NCBI RefSeq assembly: GCF_028641065.1
Contig: NC_073406.1
Location: 5,518,001-5,582,000, forward strand
Length of the DNA stretch: 64,000 nucleotides
Direction: 5' to 3'
Source of the DNA: Leucoraja erinacea
Taxonomy: Eukaryota
A model generated the notes under the pieces. The model had not been told where the DNA came from, did not search any database, and worked only from the letters and a program-made list of their open reading frames with translations. The translations under genes and the position numbers were made by a program. Shown one piece after another: positions 24,247 to 37,289 of this stretch (position 1 is the stretch's first letter; each line of letters begins with the position of its first letter).

Positions 24247-25926
24247 TTAATGCCACTCACTTGCAAAAAAGTCACTTTATTCAGAAACAAGTAGAGGTAA
24301 CAACCATTGTTTATAGGAATCTGTATCACTTGGTTTCTCTGTAATATTTTGGGAATTAATTCCTTTTTAGTCTCAGAACTTGAGCAGTAATGGTTTAACT
24401 GAAATGCTAACCCGTGTGGGGAAACCCAACTTACTGAGATATAAAATTATCACTTTGACCTTTTTTGTTAACTTCCTTCAGCAACTAAGTGCAGAAAAGT
24501 TAATATTGTAATGGTTCTTTAAAATATCGTATAGTTTTAATGCTGAAAGTTAGCCAGTAGCTCTGTGAATGTGATTATGCAGTTATGCTGTAACTTTTAG
24601 GTTTGTGTCGGTGATCTGGTTTCAGATAGTAGAGCTCAATTTTACAAAACAATAACCACACATTATGAATTTTGGACAAAAATACTTTTAAAGCTGAACT
24701 CAAGAGCAAAGCCATTTATTGTTTAAGTAGGATCATTTTTAAAAGCTGTCCCATCTAACAAAAATTGTACTATTATGGCAAAGGGTATGTAGAAATGCGG
24801 AGGTTGGAGAGAGGCAAGTCAAATCTTGTTGCATTTGGTTGCTTCAGTCTAGTTTCCTAATTCGTAATGGTGTTTAAAATTTCACATGCTTCTGTGATCT
24901 TGGCTCTGACTAATTGATGCAGGGAAAGGTCGTGATGTTTTCAATAGGGAAGAGTCAAGAATCACAAAATACCAGAAATGATTCGGCAGTAGTTTATTTA
25001 ACTGAGATTTCTAAAATTCTCAGTCATTGTTATTATTCATTTCAAGCAAACCGTTCAATATTAAAGTTGCAGTCTTCAAAATTGGTAATAATCTGACAGC
25101 CATCTAGGTTATAGATTATTACAGGTCAAACTCAATTTGTACTGAGTTGTCAAAGTTAGAGTGAGGCATTAAACTGGTTTGTGAATTTGAAGCAATTTTT
25201 GGCCTTTGACTGGTTGCTGTAACTCCGAGGATATTGAAAAGGATAACTGATTTATCCCAGGAACTTAAAATCAGCAATTATTATCCAAGTGCATCTTTGA
25301 TTATTTGTACAGGCGTGGACTAAAAGTGTGGAGTGTCTCCTGCCTTGGGTATTAATGACCCTTGGCAGCTGGGATGAATTGTACCAGAAAGGGAATGTGT
25401 GTGCAAGGGATAAGTGTGTGTGTTTGATTCAATTATTTGATGGTTTGTTTTGGAAATGAATGGATAAGGTGTTATCAACTGAAATTCAGCATATTGTGAT
25501 GTTGCCATGTTGAGGTCCACTTCCTCCTCGAGATTCAATTGATCTATTTCAGCTGCTCTTGCACTCTTCCGTTACTATTGCAAAACACATAATTTTCTTT
25601 ACCCACTGATCATTGCCACATGCAGAAGTATATTTACAGAAGGGTTCAGAGCTACTTGTTTGGTATTCTGAATAAATTTTGTTCCTACCATATTAGAACA
25701 AAATACTCCTGGGAAAAAATATTTAACCTCGATATCAAAGAGAAAGTGGAGGAGAAATCAGGTGTTGTGCAACTATATAATCATTAGAAATTTGCAATAT
25801 TTTGGCAGTTTTCAAAATGTATAAAGCCATTGGCTCTATACATGGTTGAGACTACTATGCATCATTTGAAGAAACAGAAAAATTCCCCACAGAAAGAGAA
25901 GCTTAAGGTGATTTGCTTTTTGACAG

Positions 25927-26038
25927 GGGCTGTTTGTCTTTCTGGCTTCCACAACCATACATCTGGAGTAATTATGCTGTTCTGGCCATTGGGGTTTGGG
26001 CCATTGCTCAGAGAGACTCTGTTGATGCTCTTGCCATG
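25927..26038 (+). CDS. AGTRAP: AGTRAP exon 3
   Basis: ttttgacag acceptor; GCLSFWLPQPYIWSNYAVLAIGVWAIAQRDSVDALAM; ATG/gtgagt donor. Confidence 0.95.
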
Positions 26039-27335
26039 GTGAGTAGTTCTGCCCTAACATTAGTATTGTTTTCCATGTTGTGGTAATATATGTCCTTACA
26101 ACTGAACTGAACCCATTTCCACCTCCTAATCCACTAACCTTTGTAGGAACACAATTCATGGATCCTGAGCACTTATTTTTCCTTATCCAAGTATCTTCTT
26201 TACATATATGATTGTTGCTGACTAATTAAATGTGGGGGCATCACAGGTGAGCTTATGTCTACTAGCTTTCTGTACAATTATCAGACACACTACTCAAAAA
26301 TTATGTTTTGAGATCAATGTAGACCAAGGACAAGTCACACACTGCTTGAAAGTTCAATAAACATATCATCACTATCTTCGCTGGTTAGGGTGATCAGTCA
26401 TGTTTAAAATAACCTAGAATTTTCCTGGCATGTGGTTCACCTCATATTTTACATATGCTACCTATGTAACATTTGTTCTGTTTCATAACCTACTGTGCAG
26501 TCGCCTTGTAAAGTTTTAAGCATGCTTCAATAGAATTCCAGAGATAATTTAAGTAATAAGTAAATTCAGTGAAGCAAAATGCCCTTTAACAAAAGTGACC
26601 CAAAGTAAATTTAAAAAACATGCCTGCCTTGTTATTACAGTTGCTGCCTCCTTTATACCAACGGGTACAATGCAGCCAAACTCACTACATGTTACTATAT
26701 CACAATCTGTTTTATCACCTGAATAGTTACCATGGCTTAGCTGGTAGTGCTTCAACCACTGAAGATCATAGGTTCAAGGCTTGCAGCGGTGGTTGCTTTC
26801 TAAATACTGAGCCAACGAACTGCCAATTGCACTGTTGAACACCTAATGAACGTCAAATGTGCTGAGAGACAATTTCATTGTTCGGTGTCTAGCGCTAATT
26901 ATTTTGAAATTGTGGTCTGCACATTGCCTGCATTGTTCGGCTACAAAATCAGTGACTGCACTAAAACAATGTATCAAAGCCCAAAGGGATGAACTTATTG
27001 GGATTCACTCTTCCCCTTTCCCTTCTCTGTTAGGCATCTGTTCCCCCACTCCCTCTCTTCAAGCCATGAATATCTATATTTAAAAAAATAATTCTTGGAA
27101 CCAGCATTTCTTTTATTTCCTGGAATAGTCCTGCACTATTGCATACTCTGAAATTCTGAGCGTGTGGGGTAAGGATTCCTCCAGCTACATGGAGCCAGGA
27201 GTGTAGTCATGAATGTAGAATGCAATGAGTTTGGTCGCCAATCTGCCTTTTATTCTCTTCTACCCTCCTCTTGCCATGTTAAGTTAAGAAACTGAACTTG
27301 TCGGTTTAAACTGACTTTGTCTCTTTGTCTTTCAG

Positions 27336-27549
27336 TACCTGATTGGGATGGTAATAACAATCCTCCTGGACATCATCCACATTGCAGTCAACTATGAGCG
27401 TGCAGCTGATGTCCAGATTGACAGCAGTAGGGACCAATTCCGTTTCAGTGTTGGCATGGCGATTTTGAGCCTACTTCTGAAACCAGTTTCTTGTCTCTTT
27501 GTGTATCAGATGTACAAGGAGCGAGGGGGCGATTGCAATCTAAACATTG
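27336..27549 (+). CDS. AGTRAP: AGTRAP exon 4
   Basis: ctttcag acceptor; YLIGMVITILLDIIHIAV...RFSVGMAILSLLLKPVSCLFVYQMYKERGGDCNLNI; G/gtaag donor. Confidence 0.96.
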
Positions 27550-28019
27550 GTAAGATTTCAAACCAAATGTCATTGTCACTATGTTCCAGGGAACAAGGGA
27601 CAGATGGGAGCTGATGGCTCTTGGAAGCATTAAAGGAATTATTTGAATACCATAAAGTCTAAGATGAATGCTTCATTGTCTTTTCTTCCTTGCCACCTAA
27701 ATGCACCCTGTATTGTTTACTAACTACATGACTTGCCACCCTCCCTTCCCCATCCAAAAATCCTATTCAAATGTTCTAGTTCAGTGTGTCTCTCAACCCC
27801 TGCACTGCAGGAGCAGCTCCCCACAGCTAATTCCTCTAATAATGCATTGCAGGTGGATCAGTCAAATTCTGGTGATAGCACTGATACACCAGCATACTAT
27901 GAATTTTGTCTCCCTTTGAAGGTCAAGCAAACGTGTACCAAACATCTCGATCCTATGAGTACAGGTGGGTTGTTATGGGGCCACGTGATAAAGTACCCAG
28001 GGTTAATAACTTAATCCGT

Positions 28020-28365
28020 CATAAGTGGTAGGAGTAGAATTAGGCCATTCGGCCCATCAAATCTACTTTGCCACACAATCATGGCTGATCTATCTCTCCT
28101 TCCTAACCCCATTCTCCTGCCTTCTCACCATATCCTCTGACACCTGTACTAATCAAAAATCTATCTATCTCTGCCATAAGAATATCTACTGGTCTCTACA
28201 GCCTTCTGTGGCAAGGAATTCCACAGATTCACGACCCTCTGACAAAATACATTTATCCTCATCTCCTTTCTTTAATTCTAAGGCTATGGCTAGTCCTAGG
28301 CTCTCCCATTAGTGGAAACATCCTCTCCACATCCACTCTACCCAAGCCTTTCACTATTCTGTATG
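28020..28365 (-). mobile_element. CR1-like LINE 3' fragment
   Basis: Minus strand encodes YRIVKGLGRVDVERMFPLMGEPRT-HSLRIK, a CR1 ORF2 C-terminal pattern. Confidence 0.7.
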
Positions 28366-28675
28366 AGATTAAGAGTGGGATCCATGAATATATAATCAAA
28401 AATGTTCCCAGGTTTTGGTTTTGATAGATACTTGCTTTATTCACTGCTTCGGGCTCTTAAATACTTTTAAACCTTGGGTGAAGTATTCAGGAAAGTAATT
28501 AATGGAATTATTCCATGAGCAGAGATTTAGTTTTCATATAATTGTGTTTTGTGTTGCATCTTTTATGTTTGTGTTGCATCTGTTATGTCTTTGTTGCCTG
28601 CTGTCCAACCTCACAAAAATGTTGTTTTCAAAGCTTTATTTTCTGCTCTCTCTCCCTCCATTCTCTCCATCTTAG

Positions 28676-28752
28676 ACCTGGACAGCTCCATTGACAGCAG
28701 GTTTACGTGTGATAGCGTTGAATCCCGTGCTTACTGTGGTCGCTCCAGCTGA
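28676..28752 (+). CDS. Candidate alternative terminal exon of AGTRAP
   Basis: About 35 nt polypyrimidine tract ending cttag at 28675; in phase with exon 4, giving DLDSSIDSRFTCDSVESRAYCGRSS*. Confidence 0.4.
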
Positions 28753-29346
28753 ACCATCTACCTCTGCCTATCCAGCAGTGTGTGTACAATCTTCCTCCCT
28801 TTGCTGCAGTCCATCTGCTTTGATTGGTGATCTTACAATAATTACTTGATTCTTCCCAGGCTGCTGAAATGTTGCTGCTACTTTTGCTATTTATTATTAA
28901 CTTGCATGTGTAAAAGAAACTGAATATTACATACTGTGCTTTTCATTTGTGTACATTTTGAGTTTATGTATTTGTTAACATTCATATTGAATGGGATTTT
29001 ATGTGAGAGAGAGAGTGAGGGAGAGAGACAGACCTCGGTCAGCTTTCATGAATGCCCGCTGACCAGACTATTTGGTTGCATCCTACCTTTTGCTAATTTG
29101 AACTTTTGAAAGCCATGTAGTAATAGAAATCCAATGAGAGTAAAGTTGAATACATAAATTATATATGATTATCATAATGGCATTAAATGGCCTAAATAGT
29201 CATCTTCAGACTAGTGTGGAAGCAATGGGATAATAGCTTCCTTCAATTATGCAAATTATGATACCTCGAATACAGAAGATTAAAATAAATGGGTAGGAAA
29301 GGGAATGGGCAAAAAATTAGTTAAAATAATCTTCATTAAGCGTCCC

Positions 29347-29540
29347 CATTGCGGACATAGGACATTTTCTGTGGAACTGCTATGCTACAATGCCAAGAGC
29401 TATATTCCACACTTTATTTTCCAGTTTGCTCTATCTATTGTACTTGTGTTTGACGATCGTATATTTATATATAGTATTATCTGATCGCATGCAAATCAAA
29501 GCTTTTCACTGTACCTTGGTACACGTGATAATAATAAACG
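29347..29540 (+). mobile_element. 5'-truncated LINE 3'-UTR retrocopy with 10-bp TSD
   Basis: taagcgtccc at 29337-29346 and 29541-29550; the body matches 1545-1730. Confidence 0.75.
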
Positions 29541-30382
29541 TAAGCGTCCCACAGAGGCTCCATTGCTGAATCTATTGAAGATGAAAACTGATAGTTTTGG
29601 AATAACAAGGAAATGAAGGGATATGAATTGTTGCAAATAAGTTACTGAATGGAAGACCAGGCATCAGGTGCCATTGTTGCCTCATGCTTCTGTTTATGAT
29701 TTGATGGACCTCTAGCTATTGTGGGTACTCATCCTTTCACCACCTTGGTAGCACTGGTTTCCACTTTTAGTCCTAGTCAAGCATTCTATTCTTAATGCAC
29801 TGCCTGCACCTTTGTTAGCTTGACTCGCTCTTCGTGATAATTCTATTGGCTTGTTATCAGTTAATATATGATTACATTTCTGTGAGGGGCCTTGAGAATG
29901 GTTTGTAATCTGTTACTGATATTTATAAAGCTGTTTAAAATGATTAAAAACCGAAGGTTAAAAAAACCCTATGAGTGACTATAGATAAGAGATTTTGGAC
30001 AAAATAATAAAAAAAAATATTTTAGAGCTGAGATTGTAGAATGTATTACTGGAGCCTGCAATTGAAGAAAAAATAACATTTGAGATCAGCTATAGTGTCT
30101 GCAGAAGGAAAAATGAATAAAGAAAACTGGAAGCAGGAATGGACTTGAATAAATAACGTATTTTCTTGCCAAAATTTCTATTTAATTTGTTTAGGTTACA
30201 AATGGCTTTACTATTCACCCCTGGAGAGATGCAGAGTTCCAAGCTTTGTTAATTTTGTGAATCGATGGCTGACACCAGCTTTGTTGAAGTTCTGGATATT
30301 TGGTATTTTCATTTTATTCTGCTGGGAGCAGGGGTGGGTGAGACACGTGAAAAATGACTTTTTTCTGAATTGTTCCATGCAG

Positions 30383-30501
30383 GTTTTCCCGATTTAACTC
30401 GTAGTCGAGATCGAACTTCATACCAGACCATTGGTGAGCAGGAGCCTCACCGCCCACCTTCTACTTCCTCAGAGGCAAAGATTACTGTCCCAGGCTATTA
30501 A
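30383..30501 (+). CDS. AGTRAP: AGTRAP last coding exon
   Basis: catgcag acceptor; GFPDLTRSRDRTSYQTIGEQEPHRPPSTSSEAKITVPGY then TAA; the YQTI motif and terminal GY are family features. Confidence 0.93.
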
Positions 30502-31035
30502 CTTAGTTTAATATGCTACCAAAAGAAAACTTGTATAAACATCTTGTGCCTTAGATTCAGTAACCACCTGATTCTGAATGTTGCGTGTGTGCTTTGGTCA
30601 AATTGTCAGTGTTCGGTGCCTGGACCTCTGTTTATGTCATCCAGATGGTAACATTACAATAATGACCATCCACAAAAAAAGCAATCTTGTCTGTGACAAT
30701 ACCATCTGGAGTTGAAGATTGCAGATTGGAACATCATAAGAAAAATTCTTATCCTGGTGAATTCAAATGTGGCAATTAGGTCACAATTGAATAACTTACT
30801 TTCAGGGCATTACAGATTTGATTAAATTAAAGCTCTTGTAAGTCTCTCTGAGGTTTAGAGCCAGTGCTTGCTGTAGTTATACTTGGCATTAATGACTAAA
30901 GGGTTGAAGATGATTTGCCTCATTCCTTTATGAAAAGGCTTTGGAATAGCAGACATGACTGCTGTCGCCTATGTAATTTTTCTAAGTTTACTAACATACC
31001 TTTCTTTGCGGATAATGGATCTTCAGTGTAATGGA

Positions 31036-31272
31036 ATGTAATAACAATGAGCTACAGAGCCTGGTTCGTACCAAACATAGACACAAAATGCTGCAGTAAC
31101 ATAGCATCAACATAACGTAGGTCAGGTAGAATCCCAGGAGAAAATGGACAGTTGTAATTTCAGGTTGGGACCCATCTTCAGTCTGAAGAAAGATCCCGAC
31201 CCGAAACGTCACTTGTCCATTTTCACCGGAGATGCTGCCTGAACTGCTGAGTTACTCCAGCATTTTGTGTCT
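31036..31272. mobile_element. Fold-back PLE-terminus-derived element in the probable AGTRAP 3' UTR
   Basis: Inverted arms tagacacaaaatgctg / cagcattttgtgtcta; flanking atctt(c/g)agtgtaatgga at 31019-31035 and 31273-31289; CTGAAGA...GAAACGTC at 31183-31210. Confidence 0.75.
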
Positions 31273-32559
31273 ATCTTGAGTGTAATGGATCCTGGTTGGA
31301 AAGTAGTGGGAGGAGGTTGTGGTACGCTGTATATGAAAAATATTCAGGAGGTGAGCAGCTTTTGCTGTTTAATATTGAAGTTCCTTTATTAGCAGGTTTA
31401 AATGTGGCCAATTGCACCCTTGAATATAATTGATTCAGTTAAACAACATTCAATTAATAGCATTAACAACAGAAAATGCTGGAAAAAACAGTACATTAGG
31501 CAGCATCTGTGCAAAGAGAAATAGTCAACATTTCGGATCTGAGACCAGTGTTTAGCTTTTTGTGATGGTACACTGCGCCAGCACCTCTAAGTTTAAAAAC
31601 TAGATTGGTGTACTGCAGCCAACAGCGCTGTATGAACTATTATATGTATAACTGTTAGATGTCTATTAAAAAAAAATGTATAAAGACCCTTTGTCGGAAT
31701 CAGCTGATGGGGATTTATCTACCTGCAAATCGCTGCAAGAGTGATATAAATCAGTTTCTGAAACATGGTTGTTTAAAAATTGTACTAACATTGAACAATA
31801 AGTTTTGTAACTTCTGTAATTTTGCCTTGATAAATATAATCTCTCCCAAGATTGGGTAGAGTATAATACTGATTTGAATCGGAATACTGTTAACAATGTT
31901 ATGGTCCCAGGATTTAGCCCGAGGGGTTTCAGGAATCATATAGTTGTGATACCAAGTGACTTCTCTCTCCAAGAAAGTAGCAACTTGCCATTTTATAATT
32001 GAAGGTCTGGATTCCACACAGTAACATTGGTAGAAATCATATAACTCTCCCATTTCATGAAGGTGTGGAATCAGTAATAATACTGCAGTAAAGGAGAGGG
32101 ACTCATTCCCTCCAAGACATTTCCTGTCCACGAGAAGATGGGGCTTGGATTATGTTTACATTTTGAACATAAATATGTAGTGTAAAATATTAAAGTAATT
32201 GACTTTAAAAAGCTGAAACTTCTTATTTTGTATAATTGCTTATTTATACATGTAACTGGCGAGCACCAGTGCATGCAAATATCAAGGATTCGCTGTATTG
32301 TTTGTTGAAAATGGCATACGGTGAATGATAATTTCCATAATAGCCATTCTTCCATTCCCACATTCAGTTGGTTGCTGTTCTCAATAAGTAATCTTATTGC
32401 TGTGCAACCAAGAAACCCGGTATCAGTATAGGCCTTGGTATTTCTGGCTGAACATTTAATTCCAAATCCCAATGTGTAATTCAGTTCTATTTTGTGCCAT
32501 TTATTCTGAATTGACTACCTTTTTTTTGCATACTTATTGTTAAATACATTATTATTGCC

Positions 32560-32565
32560 AATAAA
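32560..32565 (+). terminator. Candidate polyadenylation signal for AGTRAP
   Basis: AATAAA preceded by U-rich sequence about 2 kb after the stop; other ATTAAA hexamers lie upstream, so usage is uncertain. Confidence 0.35.
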
Positions 32566-34309
32566 CTTGATTAAACTCATCAGACTGCAGTGAATGAATC
32601 TCTGAATCAAGGTTATTAAATACAATGCAGAACACATGTTTTAACATCTAAACCATATGGACTGGTTGTATTAAGTTTTCTTCAACAGTACGAATTCCTG
32701 AATTTTAGGAAACCTAAACCATAACAAGGTATGGATGTGGACCATTTAAAAAAAAATGCATAACACTGATGATATTAGAATGAATGTTCATGTATGTGAG
32801 CTTTCTTGACATCAAGGCAGCATTTGATGAAGCAATAAAGGGTCCCATGGTAAAACTGAAGTTGCTGGTAATCAAGGGGTAAAAATGACAATATTTGGAT
32901 ACTGTATCTATGGGTGGCTGCTCGGCGAGTACTTCTTCTTGTGTATGGCGTGCACAGCCTAAAGTTGTAGGACAACTTGTTCTATTTGATCTTATTTGAT
33001 GTGCACACCAGGTTGATTGCATTCAATAACCTATCTTCCACCATGAGATCAGACGTGGGGATATGTGCTAATAATTGCACAATGTTCATTTCCATTCATA
33101 TCTATTAAGCAAATGAAGAGGTTCAACAGGAAATGATCACTGTTTAAATATAAAGTATTTCTATTGTAAAGCTAGGCATTTTTTTCCCTTTCAGGATAGA
33201 TTTCAAAATGCCCTGAGGACAAGCCTTTAGATTAGTCTCCTGGTACAGCTAGATGGATTATTGATAAGCAAAGATGTGAAAGGTTACTGTGGACAGCTTT
33301 AAGATTTGAATTAAATGGCAGAGCTCAAGAAGTTCAATAGCAGACTCCTGCTCCTAACACATTCAGCCACCTATCCTTGACATTTGATAGTATCAGCTTT
33401 GCCGAGTACCCCAATATTAGCATCTTGGGCATCATCATTGACCGGCACATACAATGGCTAAGAGCACAGGTCATGCTGAATACCTTGCAGAGTCCGAAAT
33501 CTATAAGCCTTTTCACCATCAGCAAGGCATGGTTAGGAAAGTGATGGAACATCCTCAATTGCCAAGACGAATGTAGATTCAATAACACTTTTGCAGCTTA
33601 ATGACATCCAGGATTGCAGCCCATCAACCACCCTAAACATTTATTTGGATGTGGAACTTATAATTATCTGAAAAGTTTCAGTAGGAGGAGGATGGAACCG
33701 TATTCTAGTATTAATTCTGCACACATCAACCTGCCACCAGAAAGCCAGATGCAGCTCTATGAAAAGGCAGCCAAGCAGCAAACTTTTCCAATTAGAGATT
33801 TAGAGACTCCAGGGATTTTTGTTTTAAGAAATCAGTTTGCACACTGGTAATAGTTACAGAATTTATTGCATCTATTTCTGACTGAAGCCTTTTATTGAGT
33901 TGCCGCATTGCTTTGTAAAGAGCTACATTTTTCCTCATCCACTTCTTTTTCCATCCAGTCTGTACATAAAGCCTTTTTAAAACAGTTTTCTCTCTCCCAG
34001 TAATATTTCTGTGCACCAGAATTAAAGACAACAGATATGTTGAAGCCACTGGACATGTGACAAATCTAAGGCATTCTATGTCAGTTTATTTTACTGCTTT
34101 TAATAGCTATTTCTTGTTATAACAATAATAAATTGTTTTTATATAATTTAATGTACTATCATGCACCATTGAGTACTAAAGAATGTTAACACTGAGCTAC
34201 AGGACAGATGAACAAAAGGTTGCTCAAAGAGGTAAGTGATAATTAACATTTTAAAGGAAGAAGGGGATGTTTAGATGGGCAATTTTAAATCTTTGGTGCT
34301 GTGCAATTG

Positions 34310-36330
34310 CCGTCATTCAGAAAAGTCAAGAATGTTTAATTGCCATATGTACCACAATGGAATAATGAAATTATTTCCTACAGCAGCATAAAATGTATGT
34401 GAACACGGTACTCAATAGATAACATAAAACAAAAAAAGTTTAATGAATAATAAAATCTAATATTAATGCAGAACAAAACAAAAGCCAAAAGTCCCCAGTT
34501 GCAACTATAACAGTTCATATAACTATAAGTGTTCAACAGCCAATTGGCAGTTGGGAAGAAATGGTTCCTGAACTTGGAGTTTAGTTGGTTTTTTTTTTAA
34601 TTTAAAGACACAGCACGGTAACTGGCCCATCGAGTCCACACTGACCAACGATCCTTGCACACTAATAGATCCTACACCCACAAGGGAAAATTTTACATTT
34701 ATACTAAACCAATGAATCTACAAACCTGTACGTCTTTGGAGTATGGGAGGAAACCAAAGATATCGGAGAAAACCCATGCAGGTCACGGAGAGAACGTACA
34801 AACCCCATACATACAAGTACCCATCGGCAGGATCGAACCCAGGCCTCTGGCACTATAAGGCAGTAGCTCTACCGCTATGCCATTGTGCCGATGGAGATAA
34901 CGGTTTTCAGACAACTATACCTTCCTGTTGGCAGGAATTAAATGAGATTGTGGCCAGGATGGTGTGGGTTCTTGATGATGCTGGCTGCCTTGTTGAGGCA
35001 GCGCACATTTGGAACCCTTTGATGGGGGGGATGTCAGGGGCAGTGTCCACCACTTTTTGTAATCTCTTTCGTCCCTGGGTGTTCGAGTTACCGAACCAGG
35101 CTGTGTGCAACCAGTCTATACGCTCTCCTCCATTTACCTGTAGAAGTTCAAGAGAGAATTTGTCAACATACCAAATCTCCTCAATCTTCCAAAGACGTAG
35201 AGGCCTTTCTTCGCGATTGCATCAATGTATTGGGTCTAGGACTGATCTTCAGAGGTATGCACACTCAGGAACATGGACTTGTTGACTCCTCCCCCACTGA
35301 CCCATTGATAAAGACAGGTTTGTTTATTTTCGTCCTTCCTGTTCTAAACTCTAACAGCTCCTTGGACTTAATGATATTGAGAACAATTGTTGTTGTTCTA
35401 ATACCATTCAATCAGACGATCGATTTCAATCAAATGATCAATCTACCTCCTACACTATGACATCATTCCCCATAATTTGTCCAGCAAGTAGTGTTGTTGA
35501 CGAAAAGATGGAGTTGGAACTGTTTCCAGCTACAGTCATGGGTATATGAACCAGGGGAATGAACACACAGCCTTGAGGTGCCCCAGTGCTGATGGCTATC
35601 AAGGAGGCAATGTTGTTGCCAATTCAAATCGATTGGCGTCTGTTGATGAGGAAGTTGAGGATCCAGTTGCAAAGGGATACACAGAATTCCAGTTCCCTGA
35701 GCTTGGAAAACAGGTTTAGAGGGGGTGGTGGTGTTGAATGCCAGGCTGTAGTCGATGAACAACGGCATGATGCATGTGTTTTTATTATCCAAGTGGTCCA
35801 GTGCACAGTGGAGAACCACTGAGATATGGTGATTGGATTTCCCAAAGTATCGGCAAGGGATGGAGCAGTAGGAATCTTTTATAGTGGAATAGCAACGGTC
35901 GAGGGTGCTTATCATCCACTGGTACTGGCCTTGTTAGTCCCCAGCTATGATAAGAAATGCATTGGCATACGATGTCTGGTGTTAGTAATCATGAGACACC
36001 TTCAGGCTGGAGGGCTGAGTCTGGAGGTGAGCCAAATCTCTGCGAAACAGAGCACCCAGCATTACCTCATCTCTCTTTGATAAAGCAGCCTGGGCCTTAA
36101 ATTCTCAACCTTATTTTTTTGGAACTGTACATTAACATGTAGGATGGTAGTGAGAGGAAGGGGTAATAGTCCCTTCCACTTCAGCCTTACATGCAGGCCG
36201 TGTTTCTGACCACAATGGTGGTCTCCACGGTATTTTCTGGCATTGTATTCACTGTAAGTGCAATCTTCTGCACGGTTGGAGATTCCCCTGCCACCAGTTG
36301 GTAACTCGCACTCCAGAGCGCGCAATAGTG
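34310..36330 (-). mobile_element. Decayed Rex1/Babar-like LINE with endonuclease N-terminal and RT remnants, interrupted by a V-SINE
   Basis: Minus-strand pieces PLPLTTILHVNVQFQKNKV (APE start), ALDHLDNKNT..LFIDYSLAFNT and LCNWILNFLINRRQ (RT), WFGNSNTQGRKRLQKVVDTA; frameshifted and internally deleted. Confidence 0.8.
34600..34890 (-). mobile_element. HE1-like V-SINE nested in LINE
   Basis: Reverse strand begins ggcacaatggcatagcggtagagctactgcc (A box) ... gggttcgatcc (B box); V-domain follows. Confidence 0.8.
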
Positions 36331-37289
36331 TAATCCATGTAATTGGACTAGCAGCTCGTGAGTTATTAAAGTGATTAAAACTGAAGTTGTTTATTAGGCT
36401 AGAATAAAATAATTCAATTTCTATGACTGCAAAAGGTTACAGTGTTAAGGGGGGTTATGGCTATGCAGATATTCATTACCAAAGATGGGAACTTTTTGAA
36501 ATTTGAGGCATTGTCCCAAATTAAAGAAACACACAGATTATGAGGTTAGTAATTTCAGAAATAAGTGTACAGATATACAAAGTTAACAACAAAGATTTTC
36601 TGTAGTAGATCAACTTTGATGGCTGAACTGGTAGATGCCATTCAGATTGTGTGTGGTACATCGTTAATTTCATCATTAATAATGCCTGTTCTTTTGCAGC
36701 CCTTTGAGAGTTGTAGGAGAGGGGATCTCACAGGCTGGAGAAAAATTAAGGATATTCACTTTGGAATTGTAAACCAGTGTGGCCTCAATAATTGAATTAG
36801 AACTTTCCCATTCTGTACTGACTGAGGACAGTTTGTATTATAATCTATCATTAACAACATTATTGGGAGAAAAGGCCCCAGGGACACAATTGAGATAATT
36901 TGGTTACTTGTTTGATGTCCAGTTCTGCATTAATTCCTTCCCTGATCATTTACAGTGTGGCTTGAGGTTGTGAGGGGACAGTGAGTTGAGTCCATCTGCT
37001 CTCTCCTTGATGGCATTTCTCCACAGCAAAGCTGTTTATTGGAGCAGATATGTGGAAACCACTGGGCCTGTGACAAATCTGAGTGATCCCATATCAATTT
37101 GCCAGCTTTTAAGAGCTATTTCATGTTACTCATAACAGAATAAATTACATTTATATCGTTGAATGCAGTATCATGAATCATGAAGTTCAAACTGTTTTAT
37201 TGTTCTGGCATTACCCAGTGAACACGACATTGTGAGCAGAAGGCACAATGATTAAAAAGACAACATTACCTAATCCCACTCCTGTCTCC

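Larger units (their letters stand above)
20254..30501 (+). other. AGTRAP: AGTRAP gene model: join(20254-20280,22099-22133,25927-26038,27336-27549,30383-30501), 507 nt = 168 aa type-1 angiotensin II receptor-associated protein
   Basis: GT..AG introns, phases 0,2,0,1. Translation MGLPVINLK-MIITVHWLLTTW-GC...GVWAIAQRDSVDA...LDIIHI...RFSVGMAILSLLLKPVSC...ERGG...SYQTI...GY matches the AGTRAP family pattern. Confidence 0.95.
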
